Positions 1-13,222 of a DNA stretch of 64,000 bases are shown piece by piece; position 1 is the stretch's first letter, and every line of letters starts with the position of its first letter. The DNA comes from Octopus sinensis (taxonomy: Eukaryota), in the NCBI RefSeq assembly GCF_006345805.1, contig NC_043007.1:49600001-49664000 (forward strand). The letters are read 5' to 3'. The position numbers were made by a program, and so were the translations under genes. The notes beneath the pieces are model-generated. The model saw only the letters and a program-made list of their open reading frames with translations, had not been told where the DNA came from and did no database searches.

Positions 1-103
1 ATAAACATTTACACAAACATTTACGCAGACCCCAAAATTTCTGTATCAGTACCACATGGGGTGAATAATTCTTATGATAATTTTTCACTTGCTATATTCT
101 TTA

Positions 104-206
<103 letters not shown>

Positions 207-386
207 TAATAAATAAGGGCAAACGGTTAATGGAGAATATGTCCAATTTTTCGGCATATTTGGCATTAGAAATTTTTTCGTTTGGCCTTATTTATGAATT
301 GTTTATAATTTTAACCTTTAAAGGTATTTTTTAATATGCTGGCCATTGATAAAAATTTTTGGGGAAAATAATTTTATCCTACATTA

Positions 387-649
<263 letters not shown>

Positions 650-989
650 ATGATAGCTTAGTTGTAGCCATCACTTCATAAATAGACATACCTCCATAAG
701 AAGCTGCAATGATCCACAGATCAGAATTGAACCAATATGTGTTTATAATTAATATAAAATTGAATTGCATATTTCATATGTAAGGTATGTCTTGAACATA
801 AAGCCATACATGATGCATCAAAACTGATCAGTTTTCTCGTGACAAGTCATGTCACTGGGAAAAATTGTATCGACTGTTTGCAAGTCAACAAAAACTTTCT
901 GGTAGTATAGCAGCTACAGGTTAGCCAGGTTCTGGATCTGCCATGGGTACCCAGCATACCATGAAGCTAATAATTGCAATCATCCCCGG

Positions 990-3715
990 AATCTGTTAGT
1001 TCCAATTCTGGCTCTCTGTCGCCGTATTCAGTAGCTTAGATGTCGCATGTTCGTAGCTTGCACATGTCTGTACACCTCAAGCCATTGCTGAGGCAGCTGC
1101 ATGCTGGTGGTTTACAGGAATGGACACATTTGCAGAACAAAAGCTAAAGGACAGCATCCCGTGTAGGTGTGCTGCATATCTAAGCAATGGCGACGTCACT
1201 CTCTTCGTCCAATCTACAACCACAGTCAATGGAGCTTGGGTCAAAGGTTTGAGCCTGTAGACATCTTTTCCAGAGGGCTGGCTGGTAGTTTGCACGAAGA
1301 GCATGCATAAACAGGCAGCCCTCACATGAATGTAGTTGACGCGACTCAATTTCTTCACGTCTAGTGCAAAAGATATGGTATCGAAGTTTATTTACTTCAG
1401 TTGTTGAAGTAGAAGGCATATACATTTGGCAGATGTTCATCTGTATTTTTTGAAACAGTTCAAGAAATACATCGCAAGATTGTCCCAGTTCACTGAATAC
1501 TTCTTGGAAAGTCTTGTTGGATTTCATCAGTTTAAACGCTGTTATCTTTCCACGGCCAGTAAAGGCACTAACTGTATTACAGCCTGTGAAGGCATGCACG
1601 CCAATCAAAGCATCAGGCCTGCCACCTCCCAGTGTATGACTCATTCTCGTAATGTCAAGGAAGCTTGCTCTGTTCTTTGTACCAAACTATTGGTAAAGGG
1701 AGCACGGGATTTTGCTACAGAACCCCATGCACAAAATCAGAGCATCAGTATCCTCAGCACTGATAACAACAGCTCTACTGCCTGACTAGGCTGCATGAAG
1801 TGCATGGAGCAAGAGTCGCATGCTAGCCTCTTATTGTGATGACTTTAACTCAGATACCTCCTCCCACCTTTTTGATCTTGAAGCAGAAGTCGTCACATGT
1901 TACAAAAAGATCTTTGTCCCCCAGTTTTGCTCTGTATGTTGGTCTCTTCCATTTACCCACCAGAAATTTTATCAGACTTGCTTTGTTGGAAGGGCTGCTG
2001 AGCATCATACGCCACTACTGGATAGTGTGCCCAGGTAATATGCTTCTGAACTGGATTCCTGTTTCTGATCCCCTGTTAATCCTTTCTGAATATTTTATGG
2101 ATGTTTTCTTGGAAACACCAAAGACAACATCAATACGATGACTCTGGACTCCTTCATGGAGAGTGTGTGTCATCAATTACTCTGAGATCTGCGAGAAAGT
2201 TTTGTCACTTCCTTTCAGTTTCTGGACCAAGCTCATCAATAACTGTTGCTAACAGACTTGGAAGAATTTCTGCTCGCAAGTGCAAATGGTAGAAGTCCCA
2301 AAGGGTGGACCAGTTCACCGGCCATATGTAGCTTTCTGCTTTCTGTTGCAAGGATCATGTGACCAAACAAGTATCGGTCAGCTTTCAAAACCATAACCTT
2401 GGCATTCCCTTGAGTGTGTGGTTTCTCTCTAATGTCCGAGAAAGTTTTCAGTTTCATTTTAGTCATCATGTCATGGAATATTTTAGATGGCACATCAGAT
2501 TCGACACGGTCTGAAGACCTGGTATGATTCTTCGCCAAGCTTGTTAGCATCCAGGATATCTTTTTCTATGTATGGTGGTGATGCAGTGGCACTAGAAATG
2601 CTCACAAGATCCTTATTTTCAGGTTTGAATGGGTTTAGCCAACTTGCCTCCCTGAGCTGGACAAGGGATTAGATATCTGCTTCATCTTTCTTGATCTTTG
2701 ACTGATTGAGTGGTGGTTCAAGGACCTATGTTTTCCTCCATTTGTCATATATCTCAGTTGCCACAAGTATGAGATTTCAGACTGAATACTTTCGTGCCGC
2801 CAGGAGTTTGAGTGTCCTTGTTGACCGTCTCTTCGATTGCTTGGTCCACTGGTATACGTCTACGTGGATTTTATTCTCCAATCTGGACTGCGAAACGACC
2901 ATTCAGGAAGTGTGCATAGGCTTCAGGATGTTCAATGTGGAATCGAGACATCATTGTATAATAGTAAGTCAGGAATCGGGCATGGTTCAACTTGTCATAA
3001 GCAAAACACCATGCGATCGTCTTTCGGACGGACGCAAAATGGAGGATTCAGTCACCTTCTCTGGAAGCTCGTATTAAGCCAAGAATGATCTCCACCATTT
3101 CTGTGTATGACATCCATAAAGCCGACAGACTGAGGGATTCAAGGTAGGTTTGTACAGGGCTCATTTCCAAGAATCTCTTGAAAGGACATCTAGCTGACAC
3201 TGATTGAAAGTTTTATTAAAATAATGTAATTATTAATGTCTTCACTGTCTATAAAATTCACATAATTTCGAATTTTAATATATTTTTCCTCGATATGTGA
3301 TTTACACGTTAATCAGAACTTTCTGCGGCATGAGCCCTGAAACTTTGGGCTGAACGGCGATGCCGTTGACCTTGTGGGAGATGCCTCCGCCACTAAGAGT
3401 CTCTTCAAGGAGGTCAATATTGTCCCAAGCAACAGTTATGTATACACCTGGGTAGATGTTTCCGAGCGGTGGTGTGCCGTTTTCCGAAACTTCCCGCTTC
3501 TAGACGCAAAGGGCTGTGTCTGTGACTTCAATTTGTGAATAAGAAAGACTGTGTCCAAAACGATTCAATGTCCGTATCAGTTCGGTATTTTCCTGTAAAA
3601 GATTTCACAGCACATGGGAAAAGTATGTGCTGCACTTGCTTTGTTTTGCCACATGTAAAAATAAACACCAGGTCACTTCCAAAAGAAGTAGCAAGACTAT
3701 GTCATATGTCTTATA
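990..3715 (-). pseudogene. Academ transposase-XPG-Cys finger pseudogene (many stops and frameshifts)
   Basis: ORF-track pieces 1180-1644 and 2236-2550 plus manually translated segments in shifting frames. Confidence 0.8.
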
Positions 3716-5289
3716 TATTGTAGTCATCATGCACAGGAGTACATCAATATGAGTATTGGGGAAATTTCATAAATCTGCAAAAAAAAGCTCCCGAGGTGAA
3801 AGAGCTATCACGTTTTTTTTACACGTTTTTTATACGATTTTTTATGTTGACCCTATAAGCATTATAACACCACTTAGGTGTATTCACCCCAGATAGTACC
3901 GCTAGCTGACGTGGCTCATGGATTAAAATGAAAGTTGAATGGAGAACGTCGTTGAGAAAAGGAAAAAAAAAGGAAGGATGAAGGTGAAAGTGGTAGGAGG
4001 GATAAAGGGATGAAGATTAAGGATATAGAAAGAGTGATAGAAATAGAGGAGGTAAACAAAGAAGAGAGGGAAAGAGAGAAAAAGAGAAAAGGCATTGCTT
4101 GGAAAGAGTAGAAGAAAAAGGATACAAATGTAAGACGTTAAAAAGAGAGTGTGTTGCAATTAGTAGAATTGTGTTTTCTGATTAACGTGTAAATCACATA
4201 TCGAGGAAAAATATATTAAAATTCGAAATTATGTGAATTTTATAGACAGTGAAGACATTAATAATTACATTATTTTAATAAAAGTTACACGATCACATCG
4301 AACTAAGAAGCAGCTTTCTTTATTATTGAAAAGATGTAAATGAAAATAATTCAGCGCAGATCCAAAGCAATATTATAATTATCAATATGAGAAGGAAATC
4401 TTTCTTTGATGTCTTTCCTCAGCTGTTTGGGTTTCAAACCAGTCTTTGAAGGAAATAGAGTGCTGATACTGATGGAAAGTCGCAGCAGCCAACTACGCAA
4501 GTAAAGAGGACCTCGTACCATCCCTTCACAAGCGACTCATCAACTAAGTCCTGATATTTGGTTTTCTTCAGCTGGTGAGGAATGTCAAATCTGTTTTCTC
4601 AGGGCACTATTAAATTCAACCATGGTGATTGTTTTTGCATTCTAGGATTGCAGAAACAGGTGTGGTTCAAGCGATGTTAACGCGACTTCTTCCAGGAAGA
4701 TGAGTCAACCCTTCGGGGCCATCTCGTTTTCTAGTCTAAGGCTTGATGCAAAACGGATCCCCCAACTGTAACGCGTACGTTTGGAGTCTTGTCATTTTCC
4801 CTTAGAAATTTGATACTTTGACTATCCTTAAATGCAATTAATTATCTGGAGGTTCATCTAATTTCTGAAAAGATCTTGTTATGCCTCAATTGATATCAAG
4901 CTTCTTCCAATGGTGTACGACGTAGTAACGTGATTATAATAACATGATTATGGTAATGTGTAACCTAATAGTCTAGAGTAGGAATTTTTAGAATGAAAAA
5001 GATAATTAATTAATGGATAATTAATTAATTAATTCTGTAACACCATTAAATGGAATTATTATGAACCATTTTGAAATTATTATAAAATAGCATTACATTG
5101 ATAAGTCATGTTTCTCCAGGTTAATCATATTTTTTGTCAAATAAAGATGAAGGATTTAAAAACTTATATTTTTTTTATTCTTCTTGCGGTTGTCGACTAT
5201 TTAATCTCAGCATATGATACGAAAGTCATTGATTCAATAAAATAACGAAGGGTCATTGGTTATTGTTATGACAGTAGTACAGAGCAGAA

Positions 5290-6237
5290 ATGTGTCTGTT
5301 TGGAGCTGTGGGATGGTGCCGAGTCCCTCTTGGAGACTCCAAAGTGCACCTTGCAAGTGCTCATTCACCCATGGTGGCAGTTCAGCTTCCAAAATGCCGC
5401 TAATATATCGTTGAGTGTTGATCTTAACACCTGAGGGCACAAAAACGTGGAGAGACCTTCCAGTGGCTCTCACAGCCGCCAAAACCATAACCGATTTTGC
5501 CGTCGATTTACGAGTCTACCCTCGATGGAGCCAGATACACTCCAAAGTTGATCATTCTGGTGGTTTACTGTCTGTTCGATGTCAATTTCTTTCACCAATG
5601 ATGAGGCGCTTGTGAAGGGATGGTACGAGGTCTTCTTTACTTGCGTAGTTGGCTGCTGCGACTTTCCATCAGTATCAGCACTCAGTTGGGCAGCGTGCTT
5701 TCAGCAATCTGACGCAGCATAAGACGACTTTTCTCTAGTCTCTTGACCTTATAATCTTGCGTGAGCTCATGACGACGGATCATCTTATATGGGCGGGTCC
5801 TAGGATCCTCCTTCAGCACTTGATACATCGATGTTTGGCTTACATTTGTTGTGGCAGTTAGTTTTCTGTCGGAACGACCAGGATTTCGCCGTATCTTTTC
5901 TTTGGTACAGTTGATAAACTGAGTGGTCCGCACACTTCTTTTTCGGCCACGTCCAGATCGAGCAGCGGTGGAACCAGTCTCTTGAAATTTTCCAAACTGT
6001 TGCTCGACTAATTTTAAGCTTTTTCGCTACAGCTGTATTACTTTCGCCTCATTTATGGAGGGTTATGATTGTATTTCGATCTATAGCCGTTATCTAAATT
6101 ATAAATACAAGTTTATTCAGTTTTAAACAAAAAGAAGATACACGAAGCTTTTATAATGATATATAATTTTCGTATCATATATTTATTGATAGTTATAAAG
6201 TGCGAAACTTCGGTCGCCTTAATTTCGGGATACCCTG
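5290..6237 (-). mobile_element. Tc1/mariner DD37D (maT)-like transposon relic, 3'-truncated
   Basis: Right end reads TA|CAGGGTATCCCG on the minus strand. Translation gives KIRRNPGRSDRKL (HTH region), IEQTVNHQNDQLW and MVLAAVRATGRSLHVFVPSGVKINTQRY. The first catalytic SDEK motif is disrupted by an 85-bp insert. Confidence 0.8.
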
Positions 6238-6456
6238 TATGTGTATGTATAAATATATAAACAAAACATAAATGGAACAAGAACGTAACAGGCGACAACA
6301 AAACATTCGGACAGTTAGACGATACAAAAAAGGACTGGAAAAAACCCGGGTTCCTGCGGTCGATTGGTATTCATATCCTTTTAAATTTTAATCATTTCTA
6401 TGAGAGGTATGAGAGGTTTTGGAACGTAACACCCACGATAGTTGAGAGATTACTAA

Positions 6457-6482
6457 GTGTGTGTGTGTGTGAGTATGTGTAT

Positions 6483-6522
<40 letters not shown>

Positions 6523-6564
6523 ATGATGATGATGATGATGTTGATGATGATGATGATGACAATG

Positions 6565-6617
<53 letters not shown>

Positions 6618-6660
6618 TAATAATAATACTAATACTAATACTACTACTAATAATAATTCT
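6457..6660. repeat. (GT)n-(GAT)n-(AAT)n compound microsatellite
   Basis: Direct reading. Confidence 0.95.
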
Positions 6661-6880
6661 AAAACAGTGCATAAGGGGAAAATTCTCCGAAAATAACTTA
6701 ACCCTGAAAGGGAAGAAACTCTAACCTTTCCATTAGAGATGGGCAAAATATTTAAAGTGAAAATAACTTTTAAAATACGGTAAATATTTCGTAAACGAGC
6801 CGTTCGTAACTTTGGTGTGAAATAGCTTTTTTACATAGGTTTCTTTGGAGTGCGTTCAACGTATTTCACGTTAAAAGTGT

Positions 6881-6985
6881 TGGCTGTTATTTCTAACATG
6901 CCCTACTACCACGTAACAGCTATTTGCTATAAAGGACTCAAAATACCTGTTACATGGTAGTAGGAAGTGCAAGAAATAGCAGCCA
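6881..6985. mobile_element. Small palindromic MITE-like element
   Basis: ggctgttatttct..cctactaccacgtaacag pairs with ctgttacatggtagtagg..agaaatagcagcc. A related arm occurs near 59595. Confidence 0.55.
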
Positions 6986-7065
6986 TTTTCCTGCTTCTGA
7001 GGAAAGGAGCCGTTTACACGTGAGAAACTCAGACTTCCCCGGTGACCCAATGGTTCATGGGTAGT

Positions 7066-7068
7066 TTA

Positions 7069-7106
<38 letters not shown>

Positions 7107-7110
7107 CATC

Positions 7111-7154
<44 letters not shown>

Positions 7155-7690
7155 CATTATTATTATAATCATCATCATCATCATCATCATTATTATTATT
7201 GAGTGAGAGAGCAGTGCATGCAATCAAAGTGGCACTGGGGTAAAATATACGAAGCCTAGTATATCCATTATGACTACTCGTCTGATAAGGGTACATCAGG
7301 CACATTCATCACAACTATATGTGCGCGACATGGTGATCTCATATCAAGATAAACAGCGCATGACCTTGCAGGTGGGGCCCAGTTAGAGTTTTCTTCTGGT
7401 CCAGTAACCCATCCCGCTCAGAAGGTCTCTGTATTAGGGGTGTTTAAGGATGTTGAACGAAACACCCATGTTTCCAGAGGTGAATTATTCAAACCCCAAA
7501 GAATCCCTCTCAGCACATGGCTATGATCCTCCCCCACTACTTCTGCTCGTGATCAGAGATGCACATATCGTCAGCCACTAAGGGGCATGCTCAACTGCTT
7601 ACGGTCAAACAACTGACAAGCAAATCTGTGGTATTGAGCAGAATATTTGCTGTAGCTCATCTTTTATACCAAGACAAAACAATAATTTCT
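7066..7690 (-). mobile_element. Non-coding retroposon with (AAT)n tail (family D)
   Basis: The 3' end ..gccactttgattgcatgcactgctctctcactc followed by (aat)n is shared with 20220-20470, and the internal part is shared with 54085-54330. Confidence 0.7.
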
Positions 7691-8089
7691 TAAGTAACCA
7701 AAATATGGATTTGGTATTAATTTTTAATTTGTACAATTGACGTTTCGATCCATCCTGCTATTCTCTCTTGTGGAGGGGACTCCGTTCAACATGTGTTTCA
7801 TCCATCTTGCAGTCCGGTTCTCATCAGGTACATCCACACATAAAGTTGTTTCTCGCTAAATATCTTGAGTTTTGGCTGTCATGTTGGTTAGAGAATGAAA
7901 CATTGCTACAATTTTCAATTACTATTATCTTTCTATAATAAGAATTGCAAACATTTGTGAATATAGACAAATAACTGTTAATAAAAAAAGATGAATGTCG
8001 GGGAAGTGAAGGGATGGACAGGGATAGATTGAGTTACACTAGTTTTAAGACAAAGGAATAGTATTAGAAAAAGAAGGGAGAGATATATG

Positions 8090-9060
8090 CCGGCTAGAAT
8101 GTCTAGGGATGAAAGGTTGTTTAGCTAGCGAGCTTCCTCCCCTCTTCGTAGACTGTACAGTCTGTCAATATCGCTTTTGGTGTGTAATTCCTTGTTGTCA
8201 TAAGCTTTCTGATTTTCCTATCCATTTCCCAGGCTCTTTCTTTGTCTACCTGACAACACCTGCGCCATATCGCATTAAGTAAACAACCTATGTGTTCATT
8301 GTCCTGATCTCATTTTTTTCATTGAGTCTAATTTCTATAATTAATTTTTTTCCTAGGATATTCTCGCCTAAAGTTTTCCTTTATTTCACATGCCTTCATT
8401 TTGTCGTATTCCAACATTTCCAGATATTTATATTCATTAGTCTCAATATCCTTTATTTTCTAGTCGACCCTACTTTTCCTCTTTGTATTATAAGCAAACC
8501 ACACTTTTTAATCCCAAATTCCATTCCGATATTCTTGCTGAATATCTGCACTGTTGAAACTTGGCCATTTATTTCGCGTTCGGTCTTCCCAAAGATATTT
8601 AAGTCACCCACATATAAGAGATGATTTAATTTTCCTTCACTTTTCAAGGTGTACTCCGATATCACTTTGCGTAGTGTCTATGTGTGGAGTATCACACAAA
8701 TCACAAACTGCAATGGTGATAAGCTTTCTCCTTGAAATATTCCTCACTTGATGTTAATCCTCACTAAACATTTTCCACATGAAGTTAACTCTGTATTCCA
8801 GTTTTTCATTGATCTCCTGACAAAATTTGATATGCTATCAGACACATGTATCAGCTCCAGTACTTTCTAAAATCCAGGAGTGGGGTCCATGTCATACACT
8901 TTCTTATAATCGATCCACGCCATGCCCATATTAGTAGGTCTTTACTTGCAGACGTTCAGTGCCATCTATCAGAAATTAGTCTTTAGTCCCTCGGCTTTTC
9001 CTTCTGCATCCTTTCTTTTCTACTGGGAATTTGTCATTCATTTGCAGGAAGTTCTACACG
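8090..9060 (-). mobile_element. R4/Dong-like non-LTR retrotransposon RT fragment
   Basis: LNHLLYVGDLNIFGK..IGMEFGIKKC RT motifs, followed by a decayed 'DRLY..GGRGL'-like motif. Confidence 0.8.
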
Positions 9061-9074
9061 CAATTAGATAATAT

Positions 9075-12000
9075 TTTATTATTATATGAAAACTCACAGC
9101 TTATTTTGCTGGGTATGATGGAAAGTGTCAGCTGTCCACAGCTTGCAGATTAAGTCGACAGTGGTTTACTGGTCATGCTTCAAGAATTCTGAGAAGAATT
9201 CTTGCAGTTCCAAGCGACGTTGATTTTTGTAGGTGTTCTATTTGCACACTTGCACCAATCTTTTTTAGGCTTGTTGGTAGATGGGTGCTGATACTTCCAA
9301 GTGCTTCACTTACTATTGGTATCACGTCTACTCTCTTTGACCACAATCTTCGTATTTCCCACTTCAAATTGTCTGATCCTGTTGTCACCGGAGCATGCTA
9401 TGTCGATGATCATGCGTGTTCTTTGTTTTTCATTTACCACAACAATGTCCGCTTTCCGATGCCTGAGCGGGTGATCGCACTGGATCATTGCATCCCACAG
9501 GATTTTGCAATTCTCATTTTCGGTGATTCATTCTGGAGTTTGCTCGTAAAACGTCTTTGCTCTTTGTAGGCCGTGATTTCCACAGTTCTCAATAGATCAT
9601 TCTTTGCACTTTGTCATGGAGTCTTTTGAATTCGCGTTGTGCCAATTTCTGACATTCGCTAACGACGTGCCATACTGTTTCATCCCTCTTACCACACATT
9701 CTGCATTTGTCGCTATAGGTAGAGTTGTCTATTCTGCATCTCACATAGTTGACCCTTAATGCTTATTCCTGAGCAGCGCATATGAATGCTTCTGTCTCTA
9801 TCTTCAAATCACTCCTCCTCATCCATTGCCACTAGACCTTTGTATCTGTCGTGGTGCTCATATCTCTTGCAAACTGACCGTACATTTTCTTTTCCTTCCA
9901 TGCTTTTTCTTTTTTCTTTGTTCATTTCTTGTTTCAATCTTTCTTTAGTTACACGATTTTCAGTCTTCTTCGTGGTTTTCAATAGTGGCCCAACGGCATT
10001 TTTTAAATATCACACTAAGCTGTTTTCCTTTGCTTCGATACAGCCCTGGAATCTGATGAAACATTTCCCGACCTTTCTTCGGGACGAGTATAGCCTATCG
10101 GTGTCACTCTTAGGTTAGAAGGCTCCGTGTACTGTCAACATTTTTCTGGTCTTGGTATCCATTATTTTCACTTCTCTCTTTTGCCCTTTTATAATTCCCG
10201 TTTCATAACGAAGTGATGCTATCACACACGTATTAACTGCTTGGATTTTATTCGCCCTAGTCAATTTGGGGCGCAACATCAACTTCAGTCTACGGAAATA
10301 CTCCATCCTCAGTTGCTCTTTCATTTACTTTTCCATTATCTCGTTGAACTCCAGTACATCAAGGTATTTGTATCCCTCCGTTTCAGTTTGTTTAATCAAG
10401 TCTCTATTCGGTAATTCTATCCCTGCTAGGGACTGTACCTTTCCTCTTTTTAGGTAGATTAATCCGCATTTCTTGAGTCCAAATTCCATTCTAATATCAT
10501 TACTAAAACAGTGGACCGTGTTACCCAAAGAACTCACTTGTGCCTCATCTTTGCCATACAGTCTCAAATCATCCATGAAGGGGAGGTGGCTGATTGTTTT
10601 GGGTTTTCCCTTTATTTGGTACTCCAGGTTCATTTCCTTTAGTACCAAAGTCAGGGATATCATGCAAAAATAAAAAGCAATGTAGATAGGCTATCATCCT
10701 GGAAAATCTTTCTTCTGATAACCAAGGTGTCCAAGCTTTTTCCGTAAGTTGTCAGTTCAGTTTTCCATTCCCTCATACCTCTCTTCCGGAAACACGTTAC
10801 ATTTCTCGCAATTCCAAACAGGTCTAAGCACTCGATGATCCACAAATGTAGAATCATATAAGCTTTGTGATAATCAACCCAGGTCATTCCAAAATTGATT
10901 TTCCTTCGTTTACAATCTTGTATTACCATTTTGTCTATCAATAGTTGATCTCCGGTACTTCTGAATTTTCTTCTGCAGCCTATTAAGAAATTTATACAGA
11001 GTTCTTCAGCAATTCCTATTGACAGTACTTCCACATTAATGGGAGGCAGGAAATTGGTTCGTAATTATCAGTATGCATCCTTCAGGCACTACACCGTTCG
11101 TCCTTTTCTTACCCAATCCAGGATTTCTTCTTCTCCATTGATCAATGCATTAAATTGCTCTGCGATCAATTAATGACAACTCCTGAACTTTTTCATCCAA
11201 GATCCCTGTACACCATCAGGTCCTACTGTTTTCCAATTGCTTATCTTTTTACTCGTATTTCTGATACTGCCTTCTGTGAAGTGGATAGCCTCTTGTTTGG
11301 GATAAGAAGCTGTTTGCTTCAGGCTTCGGAGCCATTCAGCTGTAGTATCATGTTGTTCTCACTTGCTCCATATCTTACCCCGGAAAAGGCGACTTTCATC
11401 AGCATCAGGGACTAATTTTTCACGTGTTTTATCAACATTAATCTCTAAATAAAATCTTTTTTGATCGGTTTTAAACAATTTATTTTGCCGGTATTGCTAA
11501 ATCTGTCGTTCAAATATATTTAGCTTTGCTTTTTATTGCATACTAGCAGTATCGCCCGGCGTTGCTCAGGTTTGTAAGGGAAATAACTATAAATCATTTT
11601 TAGAGAGTTATAGCCAAAAAATAGCAAAAAAATGGAAAAAAATGATGGTAAATTTTTTTTTTAGTTAAAAAAGGTGGAGTTGCGTCCCCTAGACAGTTTG
11701 CGGTTTGTGTTTCTAATTCTCGACCCCATGTCGAATTTATCGGGGTTTTTTTCAGAACTGGGGGAACTTTTCAAAATTTTCGCTGCGTTAGTTTTGAATT
11801 ATGACATTGGGCTATGTGTGTGTCAAGTTTCATCAGAATCGGTTGAAAGCCGTGGTCAGGGTGAGGGTACAAGCAAACAGACACACAGAAACACGCACAG
11901 ACAAACTGCCGTTTATATATAGAGAGATATACGCTGCTTTAGTTCTTCAATTACAACATTCAGGTCTTTTGTATCTATACCATACTTCTTCCTAACTTTT

Positions 12001-12240
12001 TCGAATTTCCATTCATTCTTAAGTTCTCCATTTCTTTTCCTAACAAGTATTGACACTACACTGCTCTAGGCGTTTAAATCTTCAGAAATTCTCCTTTTCC
12101 ACTACGGTTGTTTATTTTCCCTCCTATCTGTCGCTGTTCGGTGCTCAGTAGTTCTCAATCCCATCGTTTCCACTGCAGTCTTACTAGCAGCCTTGATAAG
12201 ATTATTTGTTTGTATGATATTTTTGTTTCAATAATAATAA
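9075..12240 (-). mobile_element. R4/Dong-like RLE LINE, long decayed copy (interrupted by a Helitron)
   Basis: RT ISHLPFMDDLRLYGK, zinc-knuckle/RHD region, RLE RKADIVVVNEKQRTRMIIDIA, C-terminal LGTARILLRILEA*, then a 3' UTR and AT-rich tail. Confidence 0.85.
11543..11927 (-). mobile_element. Non-autonomous Helitron, about 385 bp, both ends intact
   Basis: Minus strand starts A|TCTCTCTATATATAAAC and ends with a GC-rich hairpin-like stretch then CTAG|T. It is inserted between A and T inside the LINE. Confidence 0.85.
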
Positions 12241-12299
12241 TAACAATCATTATTATTATTGTTATTGTTGTTGTTGTTGTTACTGTAGCTCCATATCAA

Positions 12300-12700
12300 A
12301 GCAGTCTCAGGTGGTACAGTAGTAGGTATAGTAGTTACACGCAAATCGTCGATGAAATCAATTTCAGTCAAAGCAATTTCACACGAACTACTACATGCTT
12401 AATATGTTGAGTGGGAAGTAGATTTGGGTTGCATCCCTGTTAAGGTTAATGCAATTACTAATACCGGGAGATATTTGATTAACTCTGAAACGATTAACAG
12501 CTGCAGTGTAATCAGTTAGATTAGTTGGGGTAGCAAAAGCGATCTTAATCATCTGTTTGTTAAAGATTCTATTATATCTACTAGAAGGCGGAAATTGCTT
12601 TCTTAATATCTTGAAAAATGTTCTTGCTAGATGCGAAACGATATTTGTAGCTCGTGAAGGGTTATACCACTATATTTTTATGTAAAAGGTGTAGACTAAT
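12300..12700 (-). mobile_element. Penelope-like retroelement fragment (Naiad-like linker)
   Basis: Manual translation LARTFFKILRKQFPPSSRYNRIFNKQMIKIAF matches the PLE 'FL.LIDKHFP...LHKIFN' motif. Confidence 0.6.
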
Positions 12701-13222
12701 TCGTTTATTTTTATTTGTATAATTATTTTTGTTGTTGTTATTATTAATAGTATTATTATAAAAAAAACAACAACAACAGTAATGTTGTCTGCGAAAAGTT
12801 AGGCTGGACAATAATAGTAGAAATCAACTTGCTTCGCCGACAACAGACATTCAGTGATCATGCAACAGCAACAACATCCCTTATCACTACCAACAGAATT
12901 GTTCATTCTCAGCGAAATAGTCTGTCAAATAATAACTTTCTCGAACAAGGAATATCAAAATATATTTAGTTCTCTGAAAGTGGGGTAGGAAAATATATTG
13001 CAGCAGGTTCGAGACATTAAAATGGACATAAAAAAAGAGCCTTCTAAAATAGAACGTCAGGTAATAAATGAAATAATTATCTAATGTATACTGAATCAAA
13101 TCCCACGTAGGAGACTATGTGTCAGCAATGAGATTGCTTGCCTACCACAAGGGGTGGGGGTTGCACAATAAAGGCAAAGGTAAACATTCAGTGCCTAGTT
13201 GAAAAATAAATTCTGTTTCTTC

